Shown: in pieces, positions 1 to 9,331 of the stretch | How positions within the stretch are numbered: the first letter of the stretch is position 1 | How the letters are laid out: every line of letters starts with the position of its first letter | Source of the DNA: Pseudomonadota bacterium | Lineage (GTDB): Bacteria; Desulfobacterota; Desulfobacteria; Desulfobacterales; RPRI01 | Reading direction: 5' to 3' | NCBI GenBank assembly: GCA_043825875.1 | Contig: JBDRRF010000054.1 | Location: forward strand, 1-38,907 | Length of the DNA: 38,907 nucleotides | Translations under genes and position numbers: made by a program | Notes under the pieces: generated by a model | Told to the model about the DNA's origin: nothing | The model's database searches: none | What the model saw: only the letters and a program-made list of their open reading frames with translations

Positions 1-76
1 CCAGTTTTTTTGCAACCTTCTCTGCAACCTCCTCTCCACCGCTGTAAGAAGCTCTGGAAATGGTTATGATTGACAT
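1..76 (-). CDS. Cytidylate kinase-like family protein, N-terminal fragment running off the window edge
   Basis: Manual translation from ATG at 76 gives MSIITISRASYSGGEEVAEKVAKKL, matching the ITISRxxxSGG start of this family. RBS GGAGGAG lies just upstream. Confidence 0.8.
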   Translation of the reverse strand, partial: MSIITISRASYSGGEEVAEKVAKKL

Positions 77-268
77 GACACTCCTCCTTTCCCGAATTAA
101 ATGGTATGTGCTGTCCATAAGCTTAAAGCCCCTGAGCAGAATGGGCCAATCCCCATGTGGGGGAACACGACTATAAATACTATCGTTTTTTAATAATATA
201 CCCGCCTTTGCTTAAAATCAAAGGAATAAAAAACGTATCCGTGGTTTATATGTCTTTGTTGAAACTTC

Positions 269-297
269 TTGACATCGGCAATTCATATATTTAAGTT
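269..297 (+). promoter_or_regulatory. Putative sigma70 promoter of the fumarase gene
   Basis: TTGACA (269-274), 17-nt spacer, TAAGTT (292-297). Confidence 0.45.
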
Positions 298-342
298 CCT
301 ATATAAGTAAAAAACATCTTAATATCACCGGAGAAAATTCAA

Positions 343-1953
343 ATGGCAGATTTTATATATCAGGAAATGTTTCCACTTGGCAAAGATGAAACCGAATATA
401 GATTGCTTACTAAAGATTATATTTCTACTGATAACTTTGGTGGCAAAACAATTGTAAAAATTTCTTCCGAAGGGCTAACTTTTCTTACCGAACAGGCATT
501 TAAAGACGTATCCCATATGTTAAGAGCTTCTCATTTAAAACAGCTTTCAAAAATTTTTGATGATCCCGAGAGTTCCGAAAACGACAAATATGTTGCTCTT
601 GAGATGATTAAAAATGCTGCCATCGCAGCAGAAGGAATCTTTCCTCTTTGCCAGGATACCGGCACTGCTATTGTACTTGGCAAAAAAGGGCAGCAGATAT
701 GGACAGGTTTTTCCGATGAAGAGGCCATCTCTAAAGGTGTTTTTAATGCATATACAAAAAACAATCTGCGTTACTCCCAGAATGCACCTCTTACAATGTT
801 TGATGAAAAAAACACTGGCTGCAATCTTCCGGCCCAGATTGAACTATATGCTGTTGAGGGTGATTCTTACAAATTTCTTTTTATTGCAAAAGGAGGAGGA
901 TCGGCAAATAAAACCTATCTGTTCCAAGAAACAAAGGCAACGCTTAGCCCTGATACACTTATGGACTTTATGAAAGCCAAGATAAAAACTCTTGGAACAG
1001 CAGCTTGCCCACCTTATCACCTTGCTTTTGTTATAGGGGGAACATCTGCCGAACTGAATTTAAAAACAGTAAAACTTGCTTCCGCAGGTTATCTTGACTC
1101 TCTTCCAACAAAAGGAAATGCCTTGGGGCATGCTTTCAGAGATATTGAGCTTGAAGAAAAGCTTTTAAAAATATCGCAGGAACTGGGAATCGGAGCCCAG
1201 TTCGGAGGCAAATACTTCTGCCTTGACACAAGAGTAATACGCCTTCCAAGACACGGCGCATCATGTCCTATGGGGCTTGGCGTAAGCTGCAGCGCAGACA
1301 GAAACATAAAGGCAAAGATCACAAAAGACGGAATCTTTCTTGAAAATCTTGAAAAAGACCCGGCAAAATACCTTCCGCAGACAAGCGAAGCCGAATCCGG
1401 GGCAATTTCTATTGATCTTAACAGATCAATGGATGAGATAAGAGCCATACTAAGCAAACATCCTGTTGAAACAAGACTTCTTCTTTCGGGAAAAATCGTG
1501 GTAGCAAGAGATATCGCCCATTCAAAATTAAAAGAACGGCTTGACAAAGGAGAAGAACTTCCGCAATATTTTAAAGATCATATCATTTACTATGCAGGCC
1601 CCGCAAAAACCCCGCATGGATATCCTTCAGGCTCTTTCGGACCTACTACAGCAGGAAGAATGGATTCCTATGTTCCCGAATTTCAAAAGCACGGCGCATC
1701 AATGGTTATGCTCGCAAAAGGAAACCGTTCAAAAGATGTAACCGATTCATGCAAGAAACACGGCGGTTTTTATCTTGGCTCCATAGGCGGACCTGCGGCA
1801 AGACTTGGCAAAGAATGTATTACCAACATTGAAACAATAGAATATCCTGAGCTTGGAATGGAAGCTATATTCATGATTACGGTAAAAGACTTTCCGGCTT
1901 TTATAATAGTAGATGATAAAGGAAATGATTTTTTCGAAAAACTGCTTGGATAA
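343..1953 (+). CDS. fumA: Fumarate hydratase class I (Fe-S type, FumA/FumB family)
   Basis: 536 aa with motifs [35 protein letters not shown] and GPTTAGRMD. Confidence 0.95.
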   Translation: MADFIYQEMFPLGKDETEYRLLTKDYISTDNFGGKTIVKISSEGLTFLTEQAFKDVSHMLRASHLKQLSKIFDDPESSENDKYVALEMIKNAAIAAEGIFPLCQDTGTAIVLGKKGQQIWTGFSDEEAISKGVFNAYTKNNLRYSQNAPLTMFDEKNTGCNLPAQIELYAVEGDSYKFLFIAKGGGSANKTYLFQETKATLSPDTLMDFMKAKIKTLGTAACPPYHLAFVIGGTSAELNLKTVKLASAGYLDSLPTKGNALGHAFRDIELEEKLLKISQELGIGAQFGGKYFCLDTRVIRLPRHGASCPMGLGVSCSADRNIKAKITKDGIFLENLEKDPAKYLPQTSEAESGAISIDLNRSMDEIRAILSKHPVETRLLLSGKIVVARDIAHSKLKERLDKGEELPQYFKDHIIYYAGPAKTPHGYPSGSFGPTTAGRMDSYVPEFQKHGASMVMLAKGNRSKDVTDSCKKHGGFYLGSIGGPAARLGKECITNIETIEYPELGMEAIFMITVKDFPAFIIVDDKGNDFFEKLLG

Positions 1954-2039
1954 TTATAAATACAATAATATTAAACCTTAGCTAGTCTGATTTTCTTTTG
2001 TGATTTAGGGAATGGGGTAATCCGAAAAAGAACAGACTG

Positions 2040-2915
2040 CTAAGCTTCCACCATTGAAGACTCGGTTTCCATATTTGTTAATCCATCTTCTTCAACAATC
2101 TTAGGCAAGTCTTCATTCGCTGGTTCCAATTCTAAAACCCCTTCTTTTGCTTCTTGTAATTGTTTTATCCTCTCCAGCAGTTCGGAGCTCATCCTTTTGC
2201 CCATTTCAATATGCTTTGGATGCTCATGGTCATCATCTGAATTTTTATCAAGTTGATTAGATAGATATCGGTTTAGGGGTTTGATAAATTTAGGCGGTTT
2301 TACCCCTGAATGTTCCATAATGTCCATTATTTGATCGGCTGTCTGTTTTAAAGAATCCTGATTTGCAATACTTTCTTCAGCCTCCCCGCCTGCCGGTGAC
2401 TCAACTGTTCCTTCAGACACCATCATAAGCGCCTGTTCCACAATCACAGTTTTATTTGATTCCATATTAGCCTCAAAAGATGCTATGGACTCAAGATTCC
2501 CAACCTTGTTTACCATGGCCATGGCATTTTTCAAATTACCCGAAAGAGTGGATTGCATGATTTTATCAATGGCTTTCATAGCCTTTTGTATATCTTTTAC
2601 TTCCTGTTTGTTTAAATCCCCTTCCACCAACATTGAAAACTCGCTGCTACTGTCTGTTGAAATACTTTTCCCTTGCAAATTAAGTGACATGTTATTTACA
2701 CGGGCAAAACCATTATAAGTAGTATATTGGCTTGTGCTTTGGGAATTGGCCGAAATAGTTACTTTATCTCCTTCTGCCGTAAGGATTGTAATGTCCTTGC
2801 TGTCTTCCTTAGATGTTGTAACCTGATTGAATTGGGCAAAATAGAATTTACTGCTTTCCATTGAATACCCGGCAAAATCTTTAGAAACCGACGGGTTTTG
2901 GAATATTGCATTCAT
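2040..2915 (-). CDS. Hypothetical Ser/Thr-rich protein, DUF5610-like
   Basis: 291-aa ORF with TAEGDKVTIS and VEGDLNKQE segments and an acidic tail. Family call is by recollection only. Confidence 0.5.
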   Translation of the reverse strand: MNAIFQNPSVSKDFAGYSMESSKFYFAQFNQVTTSKEDSKDITILTAEGDKVTISANSQSTSQYTTYNGFARVNNMSLNLQGKSISTDSSSEFSMLVEGDLNKQEVKDIQKAMKAIDKIMQSTLSGNLKNAMAMVNKVGNLESIASFEANMESNKTVIVEQALMMVSEGTVESPAGGEAEESIANQDSLKQTADQIMDIMEHSGVKPPKFIKPLNRYLSNQLDKNSDDDHEHPKHIEMGKRMSSELLERIKQLQEAKEGVLELEPANEDLPKIVEEDGLTNMETESSMVEA

Positions 2916-2975
2916 TTCTCATTCTCTCTTTCTATCGGGATTTTAATTTATTCAATATCGTATTACTTTTTCATT

Positions 2976-3002
2976 ATATCGGTATAATTCAAAAAAACTT
3001 GA
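2976..3002 (-). promoter_or_regulatory. Putative sigma28 (FliA) promoter for 2040-2915
   Basis: Minus strand reads TCAAG-N14-ACCGATAT, about 60 nt upstream of the ATG; FliA consensus is T(A/C)AAG...GCCGATA(A/T). Confidence 0.55.
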
Positions 3003-3035
3003 TTATTTAGTATCCATTAATTTACTATCGAAGTC

Positions 3036-3088
3036 GAGCCAGTTTCAAAACGCCCCATTTTGGCCGATCTCTGCGTTGGGTGAAAATT
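3036..3088 (+). repeat. Truncated copy (left ~50 bp) of the 142-bp MITE-like element
   Basis: GAGCCAGTTTCAAAACGCCCCATTTTGGCCGATCTCTGCGTTGGG matches the left end of the copies at 3270 and 37801. Confidence 0.9.
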
Positions 3089-3269
3089 ACGTTTTTCTTT
3101 GCTTCACATACTACTTAATATTGACGTACATTGCCATATCGCATATTCTAAATAGCAGATTATAATTATAGATGGTGTTCTTGATTGGAAATAGGATTCT
3201 TTTTGTGCTTTCAGAGAATAGCTAATATGCAATTTCGGACAATAAAAGCTTTTTTGATCATAATCATTT

Positions 3270-3411
3270 GTGCCAGTTTCAAAACGCCCCATTTTGGCCG
3301 ATCTCTGCGTTGGGCTCAAATTTCAATCCTCGAAATACTAAATGTATTCCTGTGGTTGAAATTTTCTCCCGCCTTGAGCTTGACCAAACTGAAACGTTTT
3401 GAAAGTGGCTC
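3270..3411 (+). mobile_element. 142-bp MITE-like palindromic element, copy 1
   Basis: Terminal inverted repeats GCCAGTTTCAAAACG / CGTTTTGAAAGTGGC; ATTT on both flanks; 4 differences from the copy at 37801. Confidence 0.85.
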
Positions 3412-3439
3412 ATTTATTTAAAGGATTTCAAACCCCATC

Positions 3440-5218
3440 ATGTTTAACATTGACCAAACCCAGAAGGATATTAACGCAATAAAGGATGCCTTTATCGCCA
3501 TTGATATTAAAGGTTCCCTTGAACAGATTTTTTGGCTCCTTGCAGAGTTCGAACAAAAAACAGCTCAATACACTGCGTTTCCCCATTTAGATGCAATCAT
3601 CAAATGGCATAAAAATCTCTTTTTTCAAAAAGCTTATCTGTTTCAACGTGCCGAAGAGCTTCTGGATGAAGCATTAGACTCCATTGAAGAACGTAAAGAA
3701 CCTTTATTTCAGAAATGGAAGGTAAAAATATATATATCTCTGGGATATGTTCACAAAGCCCAATGGAACTATCTTGATGCCGAGTTCTATCTTTTCAATG
3801 CTCTAAAACAGGCAAAATATCTTCCTGAACTCAGTAAGTTTTTGGGTGAAATCTATTCAGGCCTTAGTCAAATCAGCCTTTTTCTTACACACCACCACCA
3901 GGCCAATCAATATGCAGCTTTAGAACAAAAAGTATGTTCCGAAAATTATATTGCAGATCCCTCCAGTGAAAGCGGCTCTGTTATCTATGCCTATGCACTG
4001 ATTAATCGTTGTCGTATCAAACGGCTTTTGGGAATGGTTGAACGAGAATATCTCAAAGACCTTGACACGGCATTTGATTTAGCGTCCAAATTCAATAATG
4101 AGAAATGTAAAATATTGTGCAATCTTGAAAGGGCGGAAGTCAAATTCAGTATTAATCAGGTGGTCCAGGCTTTTGATATTGCACTGGAACTTGAACCAGC
4201 TCTGAAAGAACTGGGGATGCCCCAGGAAAGTATGCAGGCAGGACTTATTGCGGCAAAAGCATATCGCAAACTCTATGATTATGAATTTGCCGAACAGAAA
4301 CTCAAAGGAATTCTTAATCTGACCCAAAACCATTATTTGCAGTTAGGACAAATTATCGCTGATACCCATTATGAGTTAGGATTGACCTATTATCAGATGG
4401 ATCAGGAAACTAACGCCTATAACTGTTTTCGTGAATCCGCTAAAACGGGCATGGTGCTTGGCATCAAAGACATCATCATCCGTGCCTTTGATGCTGCAAA
4501 ACGTATAGATAAATATACAGCAAGGGAGCTTTTGTCACCCAATCTGGCTTACCGGGATGCCACTTTTGTGAAAAACAGCCTGAGCCAGGAATTCAACCCG
4601 TTTAAAAGCACCAGGGCAAAAATACAGCTTTATGCCACCACGCTTTTTGTAGATATCGTGGGTTTCAGTCAGTTGATGAAAAAGTCGGATGAAAGTCTGA
4701 CCATTCAGATGGTGGATGAATTCATTGACCGGATGTCTTTAATCATCTATCAGAATCACGGATATATTGACAAGTTTCTTGGCGATGGTTTTATGGCCAT
4801 ATTTGAACATGGACAAACCGTTTCATCTGAAAAGGTGATGAATGCTATTCGCTCAGGTATCGACATATATCGTGCATTGAAACATAAAAACCGGAAGCTT
4901 GGAACCGTGTATGGGGAAGATAGTAAAATCAATGTACGCATCGGTATCAGCACTGGAGAAATATTTGCAATGGTTTTAGGCAACTATATTAAAACAGAGT
5001 TCACCTATCTTGGCAACTCTGTAAATCTGGCATCAAAACTTGAGAGTCATGCCAAAAATCAATGCATGTTAATCGATGAAGAAACTCATCAGCAGGCTGG
5101 CAATCTCATCTTATCGGAACCTGAAACCATTATCATTCCAGGCCTTGGTGAAACAAATGTATACAAGGTTCTCCGCCTCGCTCGTATGAGAAAACGACCG
5201 GCAATAAAAGCTTCATAA
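3440..5218 (+). CDS. TPR-repeat protein with C-terminal class III adenylate/guanylate cyclase domain
   Basis: Helical TPR-like N-terminal region (YISLGYVHKAQ, HYELGLTYYQM) and cyclase motifs LFVDIVGFS, IDKFLGDG, VRIGISTG, LGNSVNLASKLE. Confidence 0.9.
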   Translation: MFNIDQTQKDINAIKDAFIAIDIKGSLEQIFWLLAEFEQKTAQYTAFPHLDAIIKWHKNLFFQKAYLFQRAEELLDEALDSIEERKEPLFQKWKVKIYISLGYVHKAQWNYLDAEFYLFNALKQAKYLPELSKFLGEIYSGLSQISLFLTHHHQANQYAALEQKVCSENYIADPSSESGSVIYAYALINRCRIKRLLGMVEREYLKDLDTAFDLASKFNNEKCKILCNLERAEVKFSINQVVQAFDIALELEPALKELGMPQESMQAGLIAAKAYRKLYDYEFAEQKLKGILNLTQNHYLQLGQIIADTHYELGLTYYQMDQETNAYNCFRESAKTGMVLGIKDIIIRAFDAAKRIDKYTARELLSPNLAYRDATFVKNSLSQEFNPFKSTRAKIQLYATTLFVDIVGFSQLMKKSDESLTIQMVDEFIDRMSLIIYQNHGYIDKFLGDGFMAIFEHGQTVSSEKVMNAIRSGIDIYRALKHKNRKLGTVYGEDSKINVRIGISTGEIFAMVLGNYIKTEFTYLGNSVNLASKLESHAKNQCMLIDEETHQQAGNLILSEPETIIIPGLGETNVYKVLRLARMRKRPAIKAS

Positions 5219-5273
5219 AAATAACAAGTCTTTATCGGCAATACTACACCCGAAATCATTGCCAAAAGAATAT

Positions 5274-6032
5274 TTAGCTGGCTATCTCTTTACATATTCT
5301 TTTGGAAGATAAATGCTTGTCATTTATCTCGTTCAGGTAATGGCGGATAAATCCTTTGTTTTCTTCACGAGTAAAGCTGTAACCATCGCGCAAGGTTCGC
5401 CGGTAGGCCCGGGCCAGAGAATTTATACAACGCCTTTTTAAAAATATAGAAACCCATGGTTTACTTGTTTCACGATCGATTAAAACAAAAGAATACTTAT
5501 TATCAATGTATTCACAGAAAACATCTTTGAGTCTAACAACCTGAAAAAATCCTTTGCGATGCAAACGGCCCACAAATCTTCCAAACCCCTCCATCAATAA
5601 AAGCCTCTCGCTGGAAGTACTTGAAGAATAAAGTGTAGCCAAATCAGTTCCCTTAACACCTTCAACCAGCAAAAAACCCTTAACCGGCAAACAGTACTTT
5701 CGCTCCTCTCCCCATGCCAGGGACCGCATCACCGGAATACCGGCTTTTGTCAGGGAATCTATCAACATTTTTTCGCGAAGAGGCCCTGAGCAAGGCTTTC
5801 TTCCAAAAACAAGCATGCGCAACAATATTCCTATCGGCTCACGCCCGATCCGTTTGAGAAACAAATGACGTGTCTGGCCGTTTTGTGAAATACTGATCCG
5901 GCGTAATTGCCTAAGCTCTTTTCCCTTTACTAATAATTCACCAACCGGTTCATCCATCAAGGCTTCAAAGCACCCAAGCCCGATTGCATCGAGATCTGCC
6001 CTAAAGGACTCATCTACCTGCCACCAGAACAC
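5274..6032 (-). CDS. Lipopolysaccharide kinase-like protein (Kdo/WaaP/InaA family), atypical catalytic loop
   Basis: Motifs LFLKR, LRE...L..AGIPV..LAWGE, GFLLVEGV, GRLHRKG and LIDRE. GTG start with RBS AAGGA. Confidence 0.75.
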   Translation of the reverse strand: MFWWQVDESFRADLDAIGLGCFEALMDEPVGELLVKGKELRQLRRISISQNGQTRHLFLKRIGREPIGILLRMLVFGRKPCSGPLREKMLIDSLTKAGIPVMRSLAWGEERKYCLPVKGFLLVEGVKGTDLATLYSSSTSSERLLLMEGFGRFVGRLHRKGFFQVVRLKDVFCEYIDNKYSFVLIDRETSKPWVSIFLKRRCINSLARAYRRTLRDGYSFTREENKGFIRHYLNEINDKHLSSKRICKEIAS

Positions 6033-6205
6033 TAGCTATGTCCTTGACTTGCGACTGATGTTATCAAGTAAAATTTCCGGGCACTCATCTTCTCAGTTAT
6101 GGCTCCATCTATATGCGGTTTAATATAATAGAAATTCGCTAAGTACTTCTCCACCTTCACTGACCGTATAAAACACTTTGCGACATTAACTTTAATATTT
6201 GAGGA

Positions 6206-6234
6206 AATATAGTGTGCCCCGTTTTGAGTGTCAA
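6206..6234 (-). promoter_or_regulatory. Putative sigma70 promoter for the kinase-like gene
   Basis: Minus strand TTGACA-N17-TATATT, implying a leader of about 165 nt. Confidence 0.5.
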
Positions 6235-6338
6235 GATTAAATAAAATAGCACATAGTGGCATGTCATTGCTGTAAATTCTATGAGGTTTTTATATTCCCG
6301 GAATCTTCAAACTATGTAATTTTTACTGCAATTAATTA

Positions 6339-7763
6339 TTATGGCCTTCCCCATCTTTCATAAAGGTTATTTCTCTTTGATTCGTCAGGGTTGGCTCTTA
6401 CATATTTTTCACCAACCTGGTGATATCCGGGAACAGTGACAAGCCCTTCGCTCATAAATTTTGCAAGATCTTCAACCGCAAACTTTCTGCCGCTTTTTAG
6501 TTCAAAGGTCATAAATTTTCGGCGTAAACTTGAATAACTTGCGCGTTCAAGCTTTTCAGTAATCGGATGACTCAAAACCTGAATATAAAGCGTTAAATAT
6601 CCGTTATTAAGTTTCAGCCTATCCGGATATACAATTACCTTCACTCCCTCAATATCCAAATCCAGATCAAGCGAAGATGTTAAATTCCTAAGAACTTTAT
6701 TAGCAGTTTTAGAAATCATTTCCTGTGCAATATCCGGTATCTCATCAACAGTATCTGATTCGCCGATCAGAAAAACAATGACATCCAGCCACCATGGTAA
6801 ATCAATTCCAATATTTACTTGCCGCATATCAAGATAAATATTTTTGCTGCCGGGAAATAAATGGAAATAAAACGGCCCGTTGATGGTTCCTTCAGCACCA
6901 ACGTAGTTATCTTCTATCTTTCCATCAACTGCAATATAATCCGCTTCCGGCCAGATATTAAGTCTTTTAACGGTTATATGTTCACTGTAATTGCCAAGAT
7001 AGTCTCTTAAGGTTTGTTCACCACTTTGAAGAAGTGAGTCCATAATATTGCGTGATGTGTGAAATACTACTTCACTCCCGGTTGGTACAAAACTTGGTAC
7101 AGTAACTGGCATATCCGTATCAATAAAAATAGGAAAATCAACAAGCAGCCCGAAAGCATCAACATGTTCATCATCTCCTTTCATCAACTTTAAATAAACC
7201 TGGTATTCATCATGACCAATTACAAGTCCATCGGGTTGTGGGCCATAAATATCTTCAATAGCATCTATCATGGGAGTAATCAGGTCAAATTCCATAGCAT
7301 TAATAATGGCACCAAGGTTTTGGTCAAGAATTAACTGCTCGATATCTTCCTTGGGTAATGGCCCTGAGTAATTTTCAATACCATCATATTGTAAGCCAAC
7401 CAGCGGTGCCTTACCTGTTCTTGGTTTTAACACCATGTTGATTATCAGGCTTGCAGAAATATCAAAAACAAATAATGGCGGACTTTCGGCAGTTGGCGAT
7501 GAAACCCAAAGTGTTACCGTACCGTTGATATCAAGTCTTGTATAACGTTGCCCATTGGATTTTTCATGCATTTTAAAGACAGGAGGTTGCATATCTCCCT
7601 GGGCATGTCCATTAATCACAAGATCATTATTGCCTTCAATGAGATGGAATGGTTTTTCAATTAAAACATGATTGATTGCTTTTTTCACCTGGAGTTCTTT
7701 TAGAAAATCATCAAATACTTTTACTGCTATACCTGTGGCGAATTGCGCTGTGCCAATTTCCAT
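6339..7763 (-). CDS. Hypothetical protein with C-terminal DUF3892-like domain
   Basis: 474 aa with strong RBS AAGGAGGAG. C-terminal FELKSG...KYVRANPDESKRNNL matches the DUF3892 pattern YLRSNPD...NNL. Confidence 0.7.
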   Translation of the reverse strand: MEIGTAQFATGIAVKVFDDFLKELQVKKAINHVLIEKPFHLIEGNNDLVINGHAQGDMQPPVFKMHEKSNGQRYTRLDINGTVTLWVSSPTAESPPLFVFDISASLIINMVLKPRTGKAPLVGLQYDGIENYSGPLPKEDIEQLILDQNLGAIINAMEFDLITPMIDAIEDIYGPQPDGLVIGHDEYQVYLKLMKGDDEHVDAFGLLVDFPIFIDTDMPVTVPSFVPTGSEVVFHTSRNIMDSLLQSGEQTLRDYLGNYSEHITVKRLNIWPEADYIAVDGKIEDNYVGAEGTINGPFYFHLFPGSKNIYLDMRQVNIGIDLPWWLDVIVFLIGESDTVDEIPDIAQEMISKTANKVLRNLTSSLDLDLDIEGVKVIVYPDRLKLNNGYLTLYIQVLSHPITEKLERASYSSLRRKFMTFELKSGRKFAVEDLAKFMSEGLVTVPGYHQVGEKYVRANPDESKRNNLYERWGRP

Positions 7764-8020
7764 AATTGCTCCTCCTTATAGTTGGTAGCATTTAACTCAA
7801 TTTGTGTTTTTGCCAATCGTAGGTCAAACATTATTACATCTGCGTATGCAGGAAATTATCTTATATTGCAATCAAAATAATAGGTTAATACCAATTTGTT
7901 TCGAGTTTACTTACAGCAAACTGACATTGAATACAATAATTTTTTCGGAAAAGTATTATGAAAACATCCGGGTTTTACAGGCTATAATATACTCTACGAT
8001 GATATAGGAAAAATGATTGT

Positions 8021-9331
8021 TCAACGATGTTTTTTCAGCAACTCGGCATATATTTCTATAGTATGTTTTACTTCGATTCTGTCTTTTGATTTTGAAAGCA
8101 TATCTGATATCTGAATCATGCAGGCAGGACAGGCTGTTGCAACAATCGAACATCCGGTTGCCTTAATGTTATTGCGTTTTCTTTCTCCTATGGCAGTTGA
8201 AATATCATAATGCTCTAAATTAAAGCTTCCGCCCATTCCACAGCACCAATCTGCTTCAGGCATTTCCATAAAAGTATAATTGCTGTTGGCTTTTATAAGT
8301 TCTCTTGGTTCCGCAAAAACTCCAAGAGATTTTTTAAGGTGACAGGGATCGTGATAAGTAATGATTTTACTGCCCCCGGTATTTTCATATTTTTCTTTTT
8401 TAACTCCTATCTTTGAAACTACAAACTGGTTTATATCAAGTACTTTTTCAGAAATTATCTCAACTTTTTTTGTTATATTTTTCCCAAGACTCTCGCTTGC
8501 TATTAGAGGCCAGATATTTTTTATAGTTGCAGAACATGTTGCACATGAAGTAATAAGATAATCAAAATCAACAGGCTCAAATTGATTGATATTATAAAGA
8601 AGAAGTTTTTCAAATGACTTGGTATCTCCTGCCGATATCGCCGGGATACCGCAACATCCCTGCCCTTGGGGCATAAAAACCCCTACTTCATGAAAAGAAA
8701 AAACATGCATTGCAGCTTGTGCCACGTTTGGAAAAATTTTATCTATTAAGCATCCTGTAAAATATGCGATTTTTATTCCCGATCTTCCGGGAAAAGTATT
8801 TACAGAAGGTGTACTACTATGAAAAGGAACCGGGGCAAGCGGCACAAAATGCCGCTTTTTAAGAATAGGCGAAGAAATCCTGGCACATGATGTCCCAACT
8901 ATATCGCTTGCAGTTTTTGTAAAAAATCTCTGAAATCTTGATCCAAACTCAAGAAGTCTGTCAAACGTTTTAGGATTTGACAGTATTTTTCTTAAAATAA
9001 TTTTTTTGCCTGTTGATAATCCCATAAAAGCGGTTAAAATAGCCCTTGCTTTAATGAAAATATCAAGAACCTTTACCCCGCTTGGGCAGTTTGCAGCACA
9101 TGATCCGCACAAAAGGCACCTGTTTAAATGCTCAAATACCCCATCGGGATTTTCAAACATATTATTCAAAAGCCCGTCTAATATGGCAAGCTTTCCTCGC
9201 GCAACATCTGATTCTTTTCCTGTTACCGAAAAAAGAGGGCACACAGCCTGACACGAACCGCATCTCATGCAAACGGAAAGCATCTTGTCAAGTTCTTCCA
9301 TAAGCCGTGCAAGCCTTATCATATCGGACAT
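8021..9331 (-). CDS. glcF: Fe-S oxidoreductase, glycolate/lactate oxidase iron-sulfur subunit (GlcF family)
   Basis: Two CxxCxxCxxxCP motifs plus two CCG domains (YFTGC..GCCG, YHDPCHL..WCCGMGG, TACPAC). Confidence 0.85.
   Translation of the reverse strand: MSDMIRLARLMEELDKMLSVCMRCGSCQAVCPLFSVTGKESDVARGKLAILDGLLNNMFENPDGVFEHLNRCLLCGSCAANCPSGVKVLDIFIKARAILTAFMGLSTGKKIILRKILSNPKTFDRLLEFGSRFQRFFTKTASDIVGTSCARISSPILKKRHFVPLAPVPFHSSTPSVNTFPGRSGIKIAYFTGCLIDKIFPNVAQAAMHVFSFHEVGVFMPQGQGCCGIPAISAGDTKSFEKLLLYNINQFEPVDFDYLITSCATCSATIKNIWPLIASESLGKNITKKVEIISEKVLDINQFVVSKIGVKKEKYENTGGSKIITYHDPCHLKKSLGVFAEPRELIKANSNYTFMEMPEADWCCGMGGSFNLEHYDISTAIGERKRNNIKATGCSIVATACPACMIQISDMLSKSKDRIEVKHTIEIYAELLKKHR

Noticed and set aside
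3036..3411. Possible CRISPR array or integron attC cassette
   Set aside because: Copies are long, dispersed and in both orientations, with no regular spacers, no cas or intI gene and no RYYYAAC/GTTRRRY ends.
3104..3421. Track ORFs 3104-3319 (-) and 3185-3421 (+); also 37709-38017 (-)
   Set aside because: They are translations through the palindromic element (and the tRNA antisense); the shared peptide text comes from the repeat, not from a gene family.
6032..6262. 76-aa ORF upstream of the kinase-like gene
   Set aside because: No recognisable motif or RBS, and it overlaps a good sigma70 promoter; more likely leader sequence.
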